Shown: positions 29,352 through 38,144 of the stretch, one piece after another | Layout: each line of letters starts with the position of its first letter | Position numbering within the stretch: position 1 is the stretch's first letter | Origin: Kiritimatiellia bacterium | Lineage (GTDB): Bacteria; Verrucomicrobiota; Kiritimatiellia; JAAZAB01 | Length of the DNA: 64,000 bases | Direction of reading: 5' to 3' | Assembly (NCBI GenBank): GCA_040767085.1 | Contig: JAXGPF010000003.1 | Span: forward strand, 448,001 to 512,000 | The notes under the pieces: generated by a model | The model's input: the letters and a program-made list of their open reading frames with translations, nothing else | The model's database searches: none | Told to the model about the DNA's origin: nothing | Made by a program: the position numbers and the translations under genes

Positions 29352-30168
29352 GAGCGCAGAACAGATGGTCGAGTTCTACCTACAGAAGGGTCCCCGCATC
29401 TTCGCTGACATCGCAGGCGCCCGTACTCTCCAGCACTGGTTCCACAGGAAATTCCCTAAAGACGTACTCAGAGATGCGCTGCGTGACCCGCAAGTCTTCG
29501 GTGAGAAGACACTGGGCGAAAGCGTCAAGCGACTAGTCATCCCTTCATACAATCTGGGCGAAGACGATGTTTATCTCTTCAAGACGCCGCATCATGAACG
29601 ACTTAAGCGTGATTGGAAAGTGCCAGCATGGCAGGTGGCATTGGCCACCAGTGCTGCACCGACATACTTCCCTGCAAGTCGGTATGTGGAAAACGTGCGA
29701 CACATTGATGGGGGAGTTTGGGCCAACAACCCTATCATGGTAGGCGTTGTTGAGGCCGTAAGCATGCTGTCGGTGCCTCTTGAAAGCATCTATGTGCTAA
29801 GTCTTGGCACATCAGATGCCGTTGTTCGACGTCCATCTTCTTTGGACTCCGGCGGGAAGTTAAAATGGGCGAACCATGCGGCGCAACTGATTATGCGTGG
29901 GCAAAGTCTTGGCGCATGGAAACAGGTAAGCCACCTTCTTGGCGACGGTAGAGTCAGTAGAATCGACCCCAAAGTCCCAGATGGGCTTTTTGCTCTGGAT
30001 AAGGCTAACACGGGAAAAGAACTTATCGCTAAAGCCGCGCATGAAAGCAGGATTCACATGCCGGAGATTGAAGCAAGATTTATGGGCCATAAAAGTGGTG
30101 ACTATGTCCCATGTCATGGGGGAGTGCCATCTAGAGGAGCCGAAGAGGAGAGCAACAATGCTAATTGA
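29352..30168 (+). pseudogene. CBASS patatin-like phospholipase effector, 5'-truncated by the IS
   Basis: FKTPHH, ALATSAAPTYFP, HIDGGVWANNP, VLSLGT are present; the GGGxxG and catalytic GxSxG motifs are absent, and the frame (SAEQMVEFY) abuts the IS end. Confidence 0.85.
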
Positions 30169-31336
30169 CAGTACCAAATCGGAGAGGCTGAGCGAAATAT
30201 TTGGATACATCGGCGAAGAACTTGATATTCCTGAAAATATCTTCTTAACCGCAAGAAGACGGTATTCGATGCTTGCAGATTGGCTCAAGGATGATCATCT
30301 GGAGCGGTTTGCATCCGACGCCAGCATCTACCATCAAGGATCACTTCGCCTTGGGACGGCAGTGCGTCCTGTCAAGGATAATGATGAGTATGATGTTGAC
30401 CTTGTCTATTGTAGGGACATCAAAAAAGAGAGTACAACACAAGAGAAACTCAAGAACGAGCTCGAAGAACAGTTGCGCAGATATCTTAGGCACCTTCAGG
30501 CACAGAAGGAGAGCTTGCCGGAACTTGTTGCTGGGCGGCGATGCTGGACGCTCGACTACAAGGGGCAGTTCCATATGGATTTGTTGCCAGCAATTCCTGA
30601 CGACGAAGCTGATGCCTACAATCTCCGCAACATTTGTGACGGTATCATTATACCCGATCGCAAGCTTCATGAGTGGCAACACAGTAATCCTAAGGGATAT
30701 GCGGACTGGTTTAGTGAACAACAGAAGGTGTTGCTTACTGAATGGCGAGCAAAGATGGCAAAAGCACAAGATGTAGATATAGAGACGATTCCTAAGGAAA
30801 GAGTGCCTACTCCGTTGAGGAGGGTCGTTCAAATACTGAAACGGCACCGCGATATCCGCTATCATGGAACTCCAGATGATAAGCCGATTTCCATAATCAT
30901 CACAACATTAGCTGCCAAGGCCTATAGCGGAGAAGTAAATATCTATGACGCTCTAGCATCTACCGTGACAAAAATGCGGGATGGCATCATGAAGGTGAAT
31001 GGTGAATGGTGGGTTTCGAATCCCATAAATCCCAACGAGAACTTCGCAGATAAGTGGAAGGAAGGCGAAGATCCGCAGAGAGCTATGCGTTTCTTCGAGT
31101 GGCTTGACCAGGTTGAAGCAGACATTACTGCTGCAGGAAAACAGACTGGCATTCATCGTCTTGTGGAAAGCCTTTCTCCGGTCTTTGGTAGCGCACTAGT
31201 GAAGCGTGCGGCGGAACGGTACGGAAAGTCGGTCGATGGTGCACATCAGAGCGGAACCCTGAAGATGGCCGCGAAGACAGGGATACTGGGTGTCATCGGG
31301 ACAACAGTAAAGAAAAATACCTGGTATGGGTCCTAA
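30158..31336 (+). CDS. CBASS cGAS/DncV-like nucleotidyltransferase (CD-NTase)
   Basis: QGSLRLGTAVRP...EYDVDLV...HMDLLPA, SNPKGYADWF, QILKRHRD, KPISIIITTLAA, NPNENFADKW; C-terminus KKNTWYGS; GAGGAG SD before ATG 30158. Confidence 0.92.
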   Translation: MLIDSTKSERLSEIFGYIGEELDIPENIFLTARRRYSMLADWLKDDHLERFASDASIYHQGSLRLGTAVRPVKDNDEYDVDLVYCRDIKKESTTQEKLKNELEEQLRRYLRHLQAQKESLPELVAGRRCWTLDYKGQFHMDLLPAIPDDEADAYNLRNICDGIIIPDRKLHEWQHSNPKGYADWFSEQQKVLLTEWRAKMAKAQDVDIETIPKERVPTPLRRVVQILKRHRDIRYHGTPDDKPISIIITTLAAKAYSGEVNIYDALASTVTKMRDGIMKVNGEWWVSNPINPNENFADKWKEGEDPQRAMRFFEWLDQVEADITAAGKQTGIHRLVESLSPVFGSALVKRAAERYGKSVDGAHQSGTLKMAAKTGILGVIGTTVKKNTWYGS

Positions 31337-31805
31337 TAAGACATATTTTAATACCCATTCGGGGCCGTTGACGATTGCCGTTCAGGGGGCTGGATTGAGG
31401 CGGCAAATCCCATCCTCGACACTTCAGTTTAACAAAAATGTTTCTCTCACATGGATTGGGTGTGTGCAACCGAGCGAGCTCAGTGATTTCTACACGATCA
31501 AAATAAAGTACAGATTGCGTGAGCGACCGCATGTCAGCGTCCTGGCGCCGGAGCTGATGCCTCGGAAAGGTGAACGGATACCTCACCTATTCCCGGGGAA
31601 GGAGCTATGCCTCTTCCGTTACAAATACTACGAATGGAACTCACGCATGCATCTTGCTGATACCATCCTACCGTGGTCATCAATCTGGCTGTTGCACTAT
31701 GAGATATGGCATGCAACCGGAGTTTGGTGCGGCAGTAAACAGGAGCACCCAGAGGACAATATGCTGAAGGAGCCGGAACAGATGACCGAGGATATAAACA
31801 AATGA
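31326..31805 (+). CDS. CBASS-associated stand-alone E2-like (ubiquitin-conjugating fold) protein
   Basis: LTWIGCVQPS...YTIKIKY...PHVSV...IPHLFPGKELCLF...W...LADTILPW..W...YEIW..TG.W.G; overlaps the CD-NTase stop. Confidence 0.8.
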   Translation: MGPNKTYFNTHSGPLTIAVQGAGLRRQIPSSTLQFNKNVSLTWIGCVQPSELSDFYTIKIKYRLRERPHVSVLAPELMPRKGERIPHLFPGKELCLFRYKYYEWNSRMHLADTILPWSSIWLLHYEIWHATGVWCGSKQEHPEDNMLKEPEQMTEDINK

Positions 31806-34800
31806 GCCGATCAATGGGTTCCGAACACAACACCGTGCAAGCGCCACTGATTAGGTATGCGGAGGAAGTCGGATGGACTTATGTGCCGCCCTCCGAGTCC
31901 GTGATCTTGCGGAAAGGCAAAGGCGGATTGCTGTTCAACCGGATTCTGGCTGAGAAGTTGATCAAGCTGAATCCCGGACTGATGACCGCAGACAATGCGC
32001 ATGCTGTCATCCGCCGGATTGAGGGCGCGCGGAACACAATCGAAGGCAACGCGGAAATATTGGCATGGCTGCGCGGCGAACAAAGCATCCACGACGAGGA
32101 CGATAATCGCGAACGGAATGTGACGGTTGTTGATTTCTTACGGCCGGACGCCAATGCTTTCCACGTCACACCGGAATGGCAATACACAAATGGGCGGGAA
32201 ACCCGCCGCGCGGATGTGATGTTCCTGGTCAACGGCATCCCTGTCGCCATCGTTGAGACCAAGAATGCCGCCAAAACCGGCGGCATCGCGGAAGGCCTGA
32301 TCCAAATCCGGGAATACCACCATGAAACCCCGGAAATGCTGACCACGCCCCAAGTTTTCAATATCACCCAATTGCTGGATTTTCACTATGGCGCAACCTG
32401 GAATCTTGACCGGAAAAATCTGTTCAAATGGAAGGAAGTTGAAAAGGAGTTTATCGCACCGGACGCCGCATCCGCCGCGAACACGCATTCCTTCGAAGCC
32501 CGGGTGACGTCGTTTTTCGACCGCCGCCGGTTTCTGACAATGTTGAAGGAATGGATTTTGTTTTTCTATAAAGACGATGAACTCCAAAAAACCGTTCTGC
32601 GCCCGCATCAAACCCGGGCGGTGGAACGGATTCTAACCCGCTGCGCCGACGCCAAACGCGCCACCGGCCTGATCTGGCACACCCAGGGTTCCGGCAAAAC
32701 CTTCACCATGATCACCGCGGCGCGGATGATTTTGCAGGACCGCTCAAGGTTCGGCAAGGCAACAGTCATCCTGATGATTGACCGCAACGAGTTGGAGGGC
32801 CAACTGGCCGGCTGGGTGGACCGCATTCTGGGTGAGATGAAGGCCCATGACATCACCATCGCATACGCCGACAGCAAACGCCGACTGCGCGAATTGCTGG
32901 CGGGCGACTTCCGCGGGCTGATCGTCTCGATGATTCACAAATTCGACGGCATCCGGAAGGACATCAATACCCGCGACAATATCTTTGTGCTCGTGGATGA
33001 GGCGCACCGCACCACCGGCGGCCATCTCGGCAATTACCTATTGGGGGCTTTGCCGAAAGCCACCTTGATCGGCTTCACCGGCACACCCATTGACAAAACC
33101 GCCTACGGCAAGGGCACGTTCAAGGTTTTTGGCCGTGAAGATGCGCGGGGATACCTGGATAAATATACCATCGCCGAGTCCATTGAGGACGGAACCACCG
33201 TGCCATTGAAATACACACTGGCGCCGAGTGAAATCCGGGTGCCCAGACAACAACTTGAGGAAGAATTCCTGGATCTTGCCCACGCCCAAGGTGTAACCGA
33301 TGTGGATGAATTGAATAAAATCCTGGATCAGGCCATGCGATTGAAGGCTTTTTTAAAGGCGGATGACCGCATCGGTAAAGTCGCGTCATTCGTAGCGGAG
33401 CATTTTACGAAAAATGTCGAGCCGTTGGGCTACAAAGCCTTCCTGGTGGCCGTTGACCGCGAGGCCTGCGCGCTTTACAAAGCGGCGCTCGACAAGCTGC
33501 TGCCCCCGGAATATTCCCTGCCTGTTTACACACCCGCGCAACATGACAGCGAAAAATATCCGCTGGTGCACAAACACCAAACGACACCCGAGGCGGAAAA
33601 AAAGGCGCGCAAACTGTTTCTGAAGGCCGATACTTTGCCTAAAATACTCATCGTTACCGATAAACTTTTGACGGGATTTGACGCGCCGGTGCTGTATTGC
33701 ATGTATCTGGACAAGCCCATGCGGGATCATGTCCTGCTCCAGGCAATTGCCCGGGTAAACCGGCCTTATGAAACCGCACCCCGACCGGCGCAACGGAATG
33801 GGGAGGGCAAAACGCCGCTCTCACATAACACGCCGCCTTCCACGGTGATCACTCCCGTGCCGACCCGGAAACCATGCGGATTGGTGGTTGATTTCATCGG
33901 CATATTCGAGAAATTGGAAAAAGCCTTGGCGTTCGACTCGGATGTGGTCACTGGTGTTATTGAAGACCTTGATCTCCTTTTCGACAAGTTCAAGGCGCTC
34001 ATGAACGGGCCGGCGCAGGAATATCTGCGCCTCTGCCGCGGGCCAGTTGACGATAAAACTGTCGAGCAGGCCATTGAACTATTCGCCGATCCGGCCAAAC
34101 GCGAAGCTTTTCTGAAGGTTTACAAGCAACTTGAGACGCTCTATGAAATTCTTTCGCCATCGCCGGTTTTGCGGGATTTTGTCGAGGATTTTGGCTGTCT
34201 CTCCCTCTTGTATCAAATCGTCCGAAATGCATTTCGCAAGCAGACCGTCTTCTACGACGACTTGGCCGGCAAAACCGAGCAGTTGGTGCGGGAAAAGGCG
34301 ACAAGCTACGGCCTTGACACCACCTTAGCCGTTGTGAAAATTGACGCTCAAACGTTGGAAGCCATCAAATCGCGCGGCGGCTCTGACAAGGCCAAAATCA
34401 TCAACCTGACCAACAGTATCAGGCGGACGACGCTTGAGGATGCCGACGCCAACCCATACCTCAAACCTATCGGCGACCGCGCGGAAGCCATCATGGACGC
34501 CTACGATCAGCGCCAAAACACAACCACGGAAGCGCTTAAACAGATTGAAGCGTTGATCCGAGAAATCATTGAAGCGCAAAAGCAGCAGACACAAATGGGG
34601 TTTGACGCGGCAACCTTCGCCTGTTTCTGGACCTTGAAACAGGCCAACGTGGAACATCCCAAGCAAGCCGCGCCTATCATCCGAGCACTCTTCAGCCGAT
34701 TCCCACACCATCGCGACAACGCAACGGAATTGCGCCAACTTAAAGCCGAACTGTACAAGACTTTGCTGCCGCTGGTTGGCAAAACAAACATGATCCCCTT

Positions 34801-34834
34801 GGCGGAAAAACTGCTCCGCGCGGAGGGGCAATGA
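31802..34834 (+). CDS. hsdR: Type I restriction enzyme R subunit
   Basis: RADVMFLVNGIPVAIVETK, QIREY, IWHTQGSGKT, DEAHR, GFTGTP, KLLTGFDAP, MYLDKP, LLQAIARVNR. Confidence 0.93.
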   Translation: MSRSMGSEHNTVQAPLIRYAEEVGWTYVPPSESVILRKGKGGLLFNRILAEKLIKLNPGLMTADNAHAVIRRIEGARNTIEGNAEILAWLRGEQSIHDEDDNRERNVTVVDFLRPDANAFHVTPEWQYTNGRETRRADVMFLVNGIPVAIVETKNAAKTGGIAEGLIQIREYHHETPEMLTTPQVFNITQLLDFHYGATWNLDRKNLFKWKEVEKEFIAPDAASAANTHSFEARVTSFFDRRRFLTMLKEWILFFYKDDELQKTVLRPHQTRAVERILTRCADAKRATGLIWHTQGSGKTFTMITAARMILQDRSRFGKATVILMIDRNELEGQLAGWVDRILGEMKAHDITIAYADSKRRLRELLAGDFRGLIVSMIHKFDGIRKDINTRDNIFVLVDEAHRTTGGHLGNYLLGALPKATLIGFTGTPIDKTAYGKGTFKVFGREDARGYLDKYTIAESIEDGTTVPLKYTLAPSEIRVPRQQLEEEFLDLAHAQGVTDVDELNKILDQAMRLKAFLKADDRIGKVASFVAEHFTKNVEPLGYKAFLVAVDREACALYKAALDKLLPPEYSLPVYTPAQHDSEKYPLVHKHQTTPEAEKKARKLFLKADTLPKILIVTDKLLTGFDAPVLYCMYLDKPMRDHVLLQAIARVNRPYETAPRPAQRNGEGKTPLSHNTPPSTVITPVPTRKPCGLVVDFIGIFEKLEKALAFDSDVVTGVIEDLDLLFDKFKALMNGPAQEYLRLCRGPVDDKTVEQAIELFADPAKREAFLKVYKQLETLYEILSPSPVLRDFVEDFGCLSLLYQIVRNAFRKQTVFYDDLAGKTEQLVREKATSYGLDTTLAVVKIDAQTLEAIKSRGGSDKAKIINLTNSIRRTTLEDADANPYLKPIGDRAEAIMDAYDQRQNTTTEALKQIEALIREIIEAQKQQTQMGFDAATFACFWTLKQANVEHPKQAAPIIRALFSRFPHHRDNATELRQLKAELYKTLLPLVGKTNMIPLAEKLLRAEGQ

Positions 34835-35301
34835 ATCAAAAATTCAAGCCGCACGGAACCGGCCGGCCAGGCGCCGACCGGCGCGCCATGGACCGCCGCA
34901 AAGCCTGTTTCAAGACGGCAGTCCGCGCCTGGGCCATGCGTCTGAAGGTGCAACCAGCACAAATCCGCGTACAGCAAATGCGCAACAAATGGGCCTCATG
35001 TTCACCCGGCCAATGGATCAGTTTCAACACAAATCTTTTGGGCGCGGATACGGAATTCCAAGACTATGTGATGGTGCACGAATTGCTCCATTTGCGCATA
35101 CCGAATCACGGCAAACTGTTCAAGGCGCTCATGACCATACACCTGCCCGGGTGGGAGCAATGGGACGTGGATTCCGCCGATTTGCGCACGGCTGCATCAT
35201 TCTCGGCGGCTCGCTCCCGCGCCAGGCGGGACAAGCCGGAGGTTTACCCCGCTTTGAGCGGGGTCTCGCCCTACCCACGACAAAGGCTTATGAAACGGTA
35301 G
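34831..35301 (+). CDS. YgjP/DUF45-like zinc metallopeptidase
   Basis: MRNKWASCS...DYVMVHELLHLRIPNHGKLF; common partner downstream of hsdR; the C-terminus reads into a REP-like repeat. Confidence 0.85.
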   Translation: MNQKFKPHGTGRPGADRRAMDRRKACFKTAVRAWAMRLKVQPAQIRVQQMRNKWASCSPGQWISFNTNLLGADTEFQDYVMVHELLHLRIPNHGKLFKALMTIHLPGWEQWDVDSADLRTAASFSAARSRARRDKPEVYPALSGVSPYPRQRLMKR

Positions 35302-35324
35302 GGCGAGGTCTCCGTACCGAGCCG
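35207..35324. repeat. GTAG-family REP-like inverted pair with nested small hairpins
   Basis: CTCGCCCTACC (35265-35275) pairs with GGTAGGGCGAG (35297-35307); CGGCTCG (35207) pairs with CGAGCCG (35318-35324); inner hairpins TCCCGC..GCGGGA and ACCCCGCT..AGCGGGGT. Confidence 0.6.
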
Positions 35325-35440
35325 TCTGTTCTGAGAATGACGCAGCCGTGCGATTTGCGGATGGGTGAATCAAAAAAGATTGGTCTGTCCGCGTCAAGTT
35401 GATATGATACACGCACATCACATCAAATGAAAAGTCAGAC

Positions 35441-37072
35441 ATGTCCAAAACGCCAAAATTAATCATTGCCGGCTGGCTGGCAGCCGTGCTGGCGGCGTTG
35501 GGGCTGACTGCCGCCAACCTGGTCCTGGGCGATTTGAACCAGGACGAAGGCTGGTACTTATACGCCGCGCGGCTGGTGGCCGGCGGCGCTGTCCCCTACC
35601 GCGATTTCGCCTATACCCAGGGCCCGCTGCTGCCACTGGTTTACGCGCCGTTTGACCGGTTCGTCGCCGCCTGGGGGCTGGCCGGCGGCCGCCTGATCAC
35701 CGCCGGGTTCGGCTGGCTGGCGGCGCTGCTGGCCGCCGGCCTGGCGGCGCGGCTGGCGGGACCGCGGCGTCGCGAAGCGGCGCTCCTGGCCTTCGCCCTG
35801 ATTGCCGTCAATGTCTACCAGAGCTCTTTTACTACGGTCGTCAAAACCTACTCCTTGACCGCTTTTTGCCTGGCGGGCGGCTTCCTGGCGCTGGCCGGCG
35901 GCCTGGAACGCCGACAGCGCGCGAAGCTCTGGTTGGCAGGCGCCTTGATGACGCTGGCGGCAGGCACCCGCAGTTCGGCGGCGATGGCGCCGCTGGCCGT
36001 CCTCTGCGTCTTGTGGGCCGGCCGGCGGCGCGCCGGACTGCCGGCCGCCTGGCTGCATTTCCTGGCCGGCGGCGCAGTGGCCGGCGTGGCGCTCATGCTG
36101 CCTTTCTTCGCCATGGCGCCGGAAAATTTCTGGTTCAACGTGGTGAGTTATCACGCCCTGCGCGATCCGGGCACGCTGTTGCAGGCGCTGGTGTACAAGG
36201 CCGGCTTCATCTCGCGCATGGTCCAAGCCTATTTCGCCGCCCTGGCCTTGCTGGCGCTGGCCGCGGTCCGGATCGAACGCCCGCCGGCGGCCGCCGGCCA
36301 ACCGCCCGGCGCGCCGGACCATATCCGCCTGACGATGCCGGCGCTCTGGCTGGCCCTGGCCGGCATCACCTTGCTGCACCTGCTCGCGCCATTTCCCTAT
36401 GACGACTACCAGGCGTTCGCCTACCCCCTGCTTTGCAGCGCAACCGCGGCCCTGGCCATCCGCCGCCTGACCGCGACACCCGCCGCCGCTGTCCGCCTGG
36501 CTTTGCTCGGGGTGCTGGTCGCCGGCGCCGCCGCCATTTCCTCCCCCTTGAACCAGGATTGGTTCATCCAGGGCCGGGACCGCATCTGGTGGCAGATCAA
36601 GGACACCCCGCCGCTTTTCAAACTGCGCGCCGCCGCGCGCCTGATCCAGTCGCTGAGCGGCCCGGACGATTTATTACTGACCCAGGATCCCTACCTGGCG
36701 GTCGAAGCCAACCGGCGGTTGCCGCCGGGACTGGAACTGGGGCAATTCTGTTATTTTCCCGGGCTGATGGACGAGCAGGCGCGGCGGCGGCGCGTGCTGA
36801 ACCGCGGCGCCATGACCGACCTCCTGCGCCATTGCCCGGCACCGGTCGCTGCCCTGAGCGGGTACGCCCTGGCGCTGGAATCACCGCAAATCCAGCCGGT
36901 GCCGGAAGCAGACCGGGAATATTTTCGCGGCATCATCGCGCAACGCTACACACCCCTGCGGGAAATTCCGCGGTTCGGCCAGGCAGCCACCACGCTGGAA
37001 ATTCTGATCCGGGCGCCGGCCGCCGCGGCCGCGCCCGCCCGCATTTCAAACACCCAGGAATCCCAACCATGA
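35441..37072 (+). CDS. Polytopic GT-C fold glycosyltransferase (ArnT/GT39-like)
   Basis: First TM followed by DEGWY...VPYRDF...GPLLP; many hydrophobic helices; C-terminal soluble domain. Confidence 0.75.
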   Translation: MSKTPKLIIAGWLAAVLAALGLTAANLVLGDLNQDEGWYLYAARLVAGGAVPYRDFAYTQGPLLPLVYAPFDRFVAAWGLAGGRLITAGFGWLAALLAAGLAARLAGPRRREAALLAFALIAVNVYQSSFTTVVKTYSLTAFCLAGGFLALAGGLERRQRAKLWLAGALMTLAAGTRSSAAMAPLAVLCVLWAGRRRAGLPAAWLHFLAGGAVAGVALMLPFFAMAPENFWFNVVSYHALRDPGTLLQALVYKAGFISRMVQAYFAALALLALAAVRIERPPAAAGQPPGAPDHIRLTMPALWLALAGITLLHLLAPFPYDDYQAFAYPLLCSATAALAIRRLTATPAAAVRLALLGVLVAGAAAISSPLNQDWFIQGRDRIWWQIKDTPPLFKLRAAARLIQSLSGPDDLLLTQDPYLAVEANRRLPPGLELGQFCYFPGLMDEQARRRRVLNRGAMTDLLRHCPAPVAALSGYALALESPQIQPVPEADREYFRGIIAQRYTPLREIPRFGQAATTLEILIRAPAAAAAPARISNTQESQP

Positions 37073-38088
37073 AAGTCGCACTATTAGGCCTGGCGCAAAC
37101 CGGCCGCAAAACGTTTTTTTCGCTGCTGACCGGCCGCGAGGTGCCGCCCGGCCTGAAGGAAGGCGAAAGCCTGGAAGGCAATGCGCCCATCCGCGATCCG
37201 CGCGTTGACAAATTGTCGGCCATGTACCGGCCGGAGCGCACTAAATACGCGGAAAACCGGATTGTGCTCTGTCCGCCGATCGCCGCCGGCCGGCGCGACT
37301 GGCTGGACTCCGCCAAGCGCTGCGACCTGCTCTGCCTGCTGGTGCGCGCTTTCACCGATCCGGCGGTTTACCACCAGGACGGCAGCGTGGATGCCGCGCG
37401 CGACCGCGGCGCGCTGGAGTCGGAACTCTGGGCCGCCGACCTGGAACTGGTGGAGAAGCGCCTGGACCGCATCGCGCGCGAAAAGAAGGCCGGCCAGGAC
37501 GCCCACCAGGTCCTGGAAGAGCGCACGCTGGAAAAGATCAAGGCGCACCTGGAAACGGCGATGAAAATCAGCATGCCCGCCGGCCTGGAACCGCATGAAG
37601 TGGACACGATCCGCAGCCTGGAACTGCTGTCGTTAAAGCCGGTGCTGTGGGTTTACAACGTGGATGAGGATCAGTTGCGGCAACCCGGCGACGACTGCAA
37701 GGTCTCCTGCCGGATTGAACGCGAAATCATGGAACTGGAGCCGGCCGAACGCGAAGCCTACCTGCGCGACCTGGGCGTGGCGCAATCCGGCCTGGAACGC
37801 CTGAACCAGGCGGCTTACGCCGCGCTGGGGCTGATGTCATTTTATACCGTGGGCCCGGACGAAGTCCGCGCCTGGACCATTCGCGTCGGCACGCTGGCCC
37901 CGGCCGCCGGCGGCAAGGTGCACACCGACATCGAACGCGGATTCATTCGCGCCGAAATCATGCGTTACGACGACCTGATCGCCGCCGGCGGCGAAGAGGC
38001 GCTGCGCGCCCAGGGCAAAATTCAGCTCAAGGGCCGGGATTACGTCATCGCCGACGGCGATATCTGCCATTTCCGGTTCAACGTTTGA
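37069..38088 (+). CDS. YchF/Ola1-like protein with a degenerate P-loop
   Basis: DPRVDKLS, ADLELVEKRL, LLSLKP...NVDE, SFYTVGPDEVRAWTI, AGGKVHTDIERGFIRAE, GRDYVIADGDICHFRFNV; G1 reads GLAQTGRKT. Confidence 0.88.
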   Translation: MKVALLGLAQTGRKTFFSLLTGREVPPGLKEGESLEGNAPIRDPRVDKLSAMYRPERTKYAENRIVLCPPIAAGRRDWLDSAKRCDLLCLLVRAFTDPAVYHQDGSVDAARDRGALESELWAADLELVEKRLDRIAREKKAGQDAHQVLEERTLEKIKAHLETAMKISMPAGLEPHEVDTIRSLELLSLKPVLWVYNVDEDQLRQPGDDCKVSCRIEREIMELEPAEREAYLRDLGVAQSGLERLNQAAYAALGLMSFYTVGPDEVRAWTIRVGTLAPAAGGKVHTDIERGFIRAEIMRYDDLIAAGGEEALRAQGKIQLKGRDYVIADGDICHFRFNV

Positions 38089-38144
38089 GCGGCAGGGAGT
38101 GGCCGGCAAGACGGGGCATGGAAACCGGCGCTATAAATATTTTT

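Noticed and set aside
29939-30157. 73-aa N-terminal extension of the CD-NTase in the ORF track
   Set aside because: It overlaps the patatin frame; a GAGGAG SD supports ATG 30158.
36433-37068. Apparent long N-terminal fusion on the YchF-like ORF
   Set aside because: Out-of-frame overlap with the GT-C gene; the real start is the ATGA overlap at 37069.
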